This document shows positions 59,817 through 64,000 of a DNA stretch of 64,000 bases, piece after piece. The DNA lies in assembly GCA_963794945.1 (NCBI GenBank), contig CAWCFT010000016.1:47339-111338 (forward strand), written 5' to 3'. The notes under the pieces are model-generated. The model searched no databases and had not been told where the DNA came from. It saw only the letters and a list, made by a program, of their open reading frames with translations. Position numbers and translations under genes: made by a program. This stretch comes from Endomicrobiales bacterium. Its GTDB lineage: Bacteria; Elusimicrobiota; Endomicrobiia; Endomicrobiales; CAWCFT01. Numbering within the stretch: the first letter of the stretch is position 1; the number at the start of each line of letters is the position of its first letter.

Positions 59817-59845
59817 TTGATTTTTTTGGTGATAGGTACTATAAT
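59817..59845 (+). promoter_or_regulatory. sigma70 promoter for candidate sRNA 1
   Basis: TTGATT-17 bp-TATAAT, no downstream plus-strand ORF. Confidence 0.65.
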
Positions 59846-59850
59846 ATAGC

Positions 59851-59928
59851 GGTAGAGATTTTTCTGCGAAAGCAGAGGAACATCCCTCCAACGGCCAGGT
59901 TCTCCCCCAGCCTGGCCGTTCCTTTTTT
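59851..59928 (+). ncRNA. Candidate small RNA 1 (GNRA hairpin, CCCUCC linker, C-rich-loop terminator)
   Basis: TCTGC-GAAA-GCAGA; ATCCCTCC; AACGGCCAGG-TTCTCCCCCAG-CCTGGCCGTT followed by CCTTTTTT. Confidence 0.55.
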
Positions 59929-60114
59929 GCCTGAGCCCGCCTACCCTGTCTAAATTCGAAAGTTGTTTCAAGCATTCTGAAACCAAAAATCATTCCTGCT
60001 AGTCCCATTTTAGATTGTTCATCTACTTCAAGGTATCCACCGTGCCTACCCATATTTTTCATTTTTTTCGCAATAATAATTAAACAATTACACATCTTTT
60101 ATGTATATTTAGAG

Positions 60115-60172
60115 TGGAGTAGACGTATCCCTCCAGCGGCCAGGTTCTCCCCCAGCCTGGCCGTTCTTTTTT
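60115..60172 (+). ncRNA. Candidate small RNA 2, paralog of sRNA 1
   Basis: Core 60127-60166 matches 59882-59921 at 39 of 40 nt; T6 tail; upstream TATATT (60104-60109) with a weak -35. Confidence 0.5.
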
Positions 60173-60274
60173 GTCCAAGCAGTTCCCATATTTTTAACGG
60201 GGAATGTTTAGTTGAATGATGTATTATATTTCTTGATTTGATAAAATGTTAATTAAAGAGAGAGAAACTTATAA

Positions 60275-61336
60275 ATGGGCTATTCAAAAAATTTCGATAA
60301 GGCAATAGCGGACTATTTTGCGGCCGTGTTGCGGACAAACCTAAAACAGTTGTCAATTTTACCCTTCCTTTTCAGGACAGCGCTCTGCCAGAAAAAAGCG
60401 GCAAGAAAAAGAGAGCTCCTGAAAACCGAAAACGTCAATGTTCCGCCTCTTATGATATTCAGCCTCACAAACAGGTGCAACCTGAGCTGCGCGGACTGCT
60501 ATAACAAGATCAGGAATGAAAATTCAGGCAAAGAACTTAACACTGAAGAGATGACATGTATACTCACGCAAGCCCGGGATCTCGGCGTGTCCATAGCTCT
60601 CTTTGCCGGTGGAGAACCCCTGCTGAGGAATGATATTTTCAAGATAGCTGGAAGTTTTAAAGACATTATTTTCCCGGTCTTCACTAACGGCTTTACTATA
60701 GACGATGAGGCCGCCGACAACTTCAGGGCAAACAGAAACATTGTCCCTATAATAAGCGTTGAAGGCAAAAATGAGGCGACAAACCTCAGAACGCGGACAT
60801 GGTGCTTTTAAACGCGTTCTGGAAGTTTTCAGGAAACTGGAGAACAAGGGAGTGCTGTTCGGCACCTCCATTACGGCAACTTCGGCAAATATCGAAGAGA
60901 TAACAAGCCCGGGGTTTATCGGCGCAATGAGGGAATCAGGTTGCGGTTTGTTTTTCTTTGTCGAATATGTCCCGGTTTCTGACAACAGCAGGCACCTTGT
61001 CCTAGGTGAAGCCAAGAAGAAACAGCTGTTGGATATTATGCCGGTGCTTGACTTAAAACATAAAGCGGTCTTCATAACGTTCCCGGGCGACGAAAGTGTT
61101 TACGGCGGCTGTTCATACCGGCCAGCGGTTTCATTCATATTAACCACTCCGGTGATATTGAGCCTTGCCCTTTCGCGCCGTTTTCCGACACTAACTTGAG
61201 AAATACACCCCTGAAAGAGGCCCTATCTTCAAAACTTCTTGAAAAAATTCGGCAAAACCACGGAGAACTTAAAGAAACTTCCGGCGGGTGCTCGTTATGG
61301 AACAAACGCGAGTGGGTTTCTTCGCTCTTAAAATAA
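60275..61336 (+). CDS. Radical SAM/SPASM-type protein (apparent indels near 60790 and 61115)
   Basis: TNRCNLSCADC, AGGEPLLR, VFTNG, FPGDE..YGGC, GFIHINHSGDIEPCPF, GGCSLW...LLK* ending at 61336. Confidence 0.82.
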
Positions 61337-61418
61337 ACAAACGAACATCATTTTCATGTTGAATTCTTATCAATAAAATAGTAAACTTATTCATATTCCA
61401 ATAACAAAAGGAACTTTG

Positions 61419-62109
61419 ATGAAAGTATCCATTATTATGCCGGCGTTCAACGAAGAGCGATCTATCGTTAGCGCGGTCAATGAAGTAGCCGACGCAAAAT
61501 TTCCGGAACAAAAAGAGATCATTGTAGTTAATGACGGTTCTACTGACAAGACGCTTGAAAAGCTCAAGGCCATGAAAGTTAACGGGCTTGTCATTGTTGA
61601 TCTTCCAAAAAATAAAGGCAAGGGCGCGGCTATACGGGCCGGCATCGAGAAAGTTACGGGTGACGTGGTATTGATCCAGGACGCGGACCTTGAATATTCT
61701 CCAAAGAATTACCCGGAACTCCTGGGCCCCATCTTTGCGGGCAAGGCTGACGTTGTATTTGGGTCGCGCTTTTTGGGCGGCTGGCGAGCACAGGGTACAT
61801 TTATTCTGGCACTATGTCATTAACAGGTCACTTACGACTTTATCTAATATATTTACAAACCTGAACCTTACCGATATGGAAGTTGGATCGAAGGTATTCA
61901 AAACAGAGATACTGAAACAGGTTCATCTCAAACAGAACCGGTTCGGGTTTGAGCCTGAGGTTACGGCAAAAATAGCAAAACTTAAGTGCCGCGTTTATGA
62001 GGTTTCTATTTCCTATTTCGGCCGCTCTTACGAAGAAGGCAAAAAAATAGGCTGGAAAGACGGCGTTTCCGCTCTATGGTGCATCCTCTACTACGGCATA
62101 TTCGGCTAA
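61419..62109 (+). CDS. Glycosyltransferase family 2 (DPM1-like; apparent indel near 61780)
   Basis: IMPAFNE, VNDGSTD, NKGKGAA, QDADLEY, FGSRF; second frame TDMEVG.K, FGFEPEVT, EGKKIGWKDG. Confidence 0.88.
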
Positions 62110-62112
62110 TCA

Positions 62113-62243
62113 ATAAAATTCAAAATCAAATATCAAAGATCAAAATTTACATACAACAATATCAACTGCCGGCGGCTTATCTGAGATAGGTTCGCTGTGG
62201 GCGAACACCTAATTTTTGCATTTTGATATTTGATTTTTAACTG
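62113..62243. repeat. Heptamer-periodic inverted repeat with nested hairpin
   Basis: AAAATTC AAAATC AAATATC AAAGATC AAAATTT ... [GTTCGCTGTGGGCGAAC] ... TTTGCAT TTTGATA TTTGATT TTTAACT. Confidence 0.65.
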
Positions 62244-62265
62244 ATGTAAAACGGAGTATTGGACA

Positions 62266-62857
62266 GTGAAAAATTATGATGCTATAGTCGTTGGAGCGGG
62301 CCATGCGGGCTGTGAGGCGGCACTTGCTCTCTCAAGGATGGGCTTAAATACCCTTCTAATGACAATGCAGCTTGACGCAATAGCCCGTATGTCATGCAAC
62401 CCGGCTATAGGCGGGACAGCCAAGGGACAGATAGTACGCGATCTTGATGCAATGGGCGGAGAGATGGGCTGGACAGCGGACAACGCTGGGCTCCAGTTCC
62501 GTATGCTTAACCGCTCGCGCGGGCCGGCGGTATCGATCGCCGCGCGCACAGTGCGACAAGCAGGCTTATTACATGCTCATGAGATCAGTGCTTGAAAAAC
62601 AAAAAGGGCTCGACCTGCTTCAGGCAGAGGCTGTAAAATTAATTTCAGATAACGGAAGCGTCAGGGGCATAGAAACAAAGAGCGGGATGAAGATATTCTC
62701 GCGCTCTGTCATACTTACTACCGGGACGTTCCTCAACGGACTCATACACGTGGGGCTTAATCATTACCCAGGAGGCAGGTCTGGAAAGCCACCGCGACCG
62801 GGATATCGGGCTCGCTTCGCGAGCTTGGATTTGAGGTCAAGAGGCTTAAGACCGGCA
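62266..62857 (+). CDS. mnmG: tRNA modification enzyme MnmG/GidA, N-terminal part only (indels; truncated at a chimeric junction)
   Basis: [57 protein letters not shown], then an abrupt change of sequence. Confidence 0.88.
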
Positions 62858-62859
62858 TC

Positions 62860-63250
62860 GGGGCATGGCCTGGCCGATCGTCGATGGCTGGGTCATTCCT
62901 ACTACCAGTACACCATGTATTCCGAGAAGCAGTTCAACGATGTGCCGGTCCTGATCGGATACAACTCCGATGAAGGGGCGAGCTTCTCCCACGACACGCT
63001 GAAGGAGTACATCGACAGCCTGCGCAGGCGCTACGACGGCTTCGCCGACAGCCTGCTGAAGGCTTATCCCGTGGGCGACAAAGCCGTGCCTAAGACCGCG
63101 CGCGACTTGAGCCGCGACGCGGCGTTCGGCTGGCACACCTGGATCTGGGCCACGCTGCAGTCGAGGCTGGGCAACTCGAAGGTCTTCTACTACTACTTCG
63201 ATCAGCACCCGGACTATCCCGCCGGTTCGCCGCAGGCGGGGCTCGGAGCG
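62860..63250 (+). other. Internal fragment of a carboxylesterase (type B) gene, foreign GC-rich DNA
   Basis: WPIVDGWVIP...DVPVLIGYNSDEGASF...RDAAFGWHTWIWA...YYYFDQHP; no start or stop of its own. Confidence 0.75.
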
Positions 63251-63790
63251 CGCAAGCTCATCGCGGGCTTACTTGTAGCCAACAAGCTCGGTGGAATGCT
63301 TGGCGGGGTAGGTTGCGCGTTTGCCCCAATGGGAACGCCGGGCGCAGTTGGTGCAGGCGGTATCGGCGGTGCGCTGGCTGGAGGTTCGGTTGCCAGCATG
63401 ACGGTGCAGGCTGCAAACGTCACGGTGAACTCTGCTGGAGTCGGTGGAGCACTCGGGACGACCACTGCCGAAGCGGTGAAAAAAAGCACGGCATCTGGGT
63501 TTGCAAAGTTCGCTAGCAGTCTGGCCAGGGGTGCCAGCCAATCGCTCATCGCCGCCGAGGCTGTCGGAGCGCTGGCGGTGGCCGCTGCCGCGTTCGTGGA
63601 CGAGTGGGATACCGGCAAGCTGAAAGAGCAGCGAGTATCGCCCGTTCAGACTATGAACGCCTTGCATGCTGGCCTTACAGCCATGAAGTCGTCTGGCGAG
63701 GAACAGGCTCGGCACATCAGGAGCGTATCAGAGGCATTCGGACTCAAGGCCGGACAGCACGTTTCAGCAAAGAGCATTGAGACAGGTCGC
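63251..63790 (+). other. Internal fragment of a Gly/Ala-rich gene resembling a phage tape-measure protein
   Basis: Open frame LIAGLLVANKLGG...GGSVASMTVQAANVTVNSAGVGG...; resemblance by pattern only. Confidence 0.4.
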
Positions 63791-64000
63791 GCACAGAAGC
63801 AGCGGGTCGGGCTCGGGAGGGCGCTGGTCCGGGATTCTGAGCTGTTCCTCCTGGACGAACCGATTGCCCACCTGGATGCCAAGCTTCGCCACCACATGCG
63901 CGGCGAGCTGCAGCGGCTGCAGAAGAAATCCGGGAGAACCACCGTGCTGGCAACCCCGGAACTACAGCGAGGTGGTGGCCATGGCAGACCGAGCAAGACC
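63791..64000 (+). other. Internal fragment of a MalK-like ABC ATPase gene
   Basis: QKQRVGLGRALVR...LLDEPIAHLDAKLR (post-signature helix, Walker B, D-loop)...EVVAMADR. Confidence 0.8.

Noticed and set aside
59805..60095. 96-aa minus-strand ORF antisense to sRNA 1 as a type I toxin
   Set aside because: No hydrophobic helix, no clear SD, no recognisable family, and it runs through the hairpin; probably spurious.
59882..60166. Two 40-nt direct repeats as a mini CRISPR array
   Set aside because: Only two copies, ~205 bp apart, each with a terminator-like T tract and its own -10 element; no cas genes.
63251..63790. Prophage inferred from the tape-measure-like fragment
   Set aside because: An isolated internal fragment within a chimeric tail; no other phage genes.

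Overview
Chromosomal segment of a moderately GC-balanced, probably anaerobic diderm bacterium. An Elusimicrobiota-like origin is my impression only and is unverified. Nearly all genes from 1 to 57.3 kb are on the minus strand. Contents in order: an AT-rich Type III restriction-modification pair; a long apparent operon (tpiA-pduL-PilZ-rpiB-deoC-pilT-DnaA-like-GAF histidine kinase-tktN-tktC-ade-deoB); redox and housekeeping genes; an accessory patch (TPR/SGNH protein, orphan ParB-like protein); a surface-glycan modification cluster with two B12-radical SAM enzymes and AsnB; msrAB, nfo, iorAB-paaK, proB, pgi, feoB, ndk and pckG. The best candidates for undescribed biology are: (1) a DnaA AAA+ paralog whose DNA-binding domain IV is replaced by a Pro-rich linker and an alpha/beta domain, next to a PilT-type ATPase and translationally coupled to a 3-GAF sensor kinase; (2) two near-identical candidate small RNAs with C-rich anti-Shine-Dalgarno motifs at 59.85-60.17 kb; (3) several families of palindromic intergenic elements, one inserted in frame in the ParB-like gene; (4) a 48-aa Zn-ribbon gene with consensus expression signals that the ORF track missed. 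Caveats: about a dozen genes carry single-base indels typical of long-read error, and the last ~1.1 kb is a chimera of three unrelated GC-rich gene fragments joined to a truncated mnmG. No rRNA, tRNA or CRISPR array was seen.
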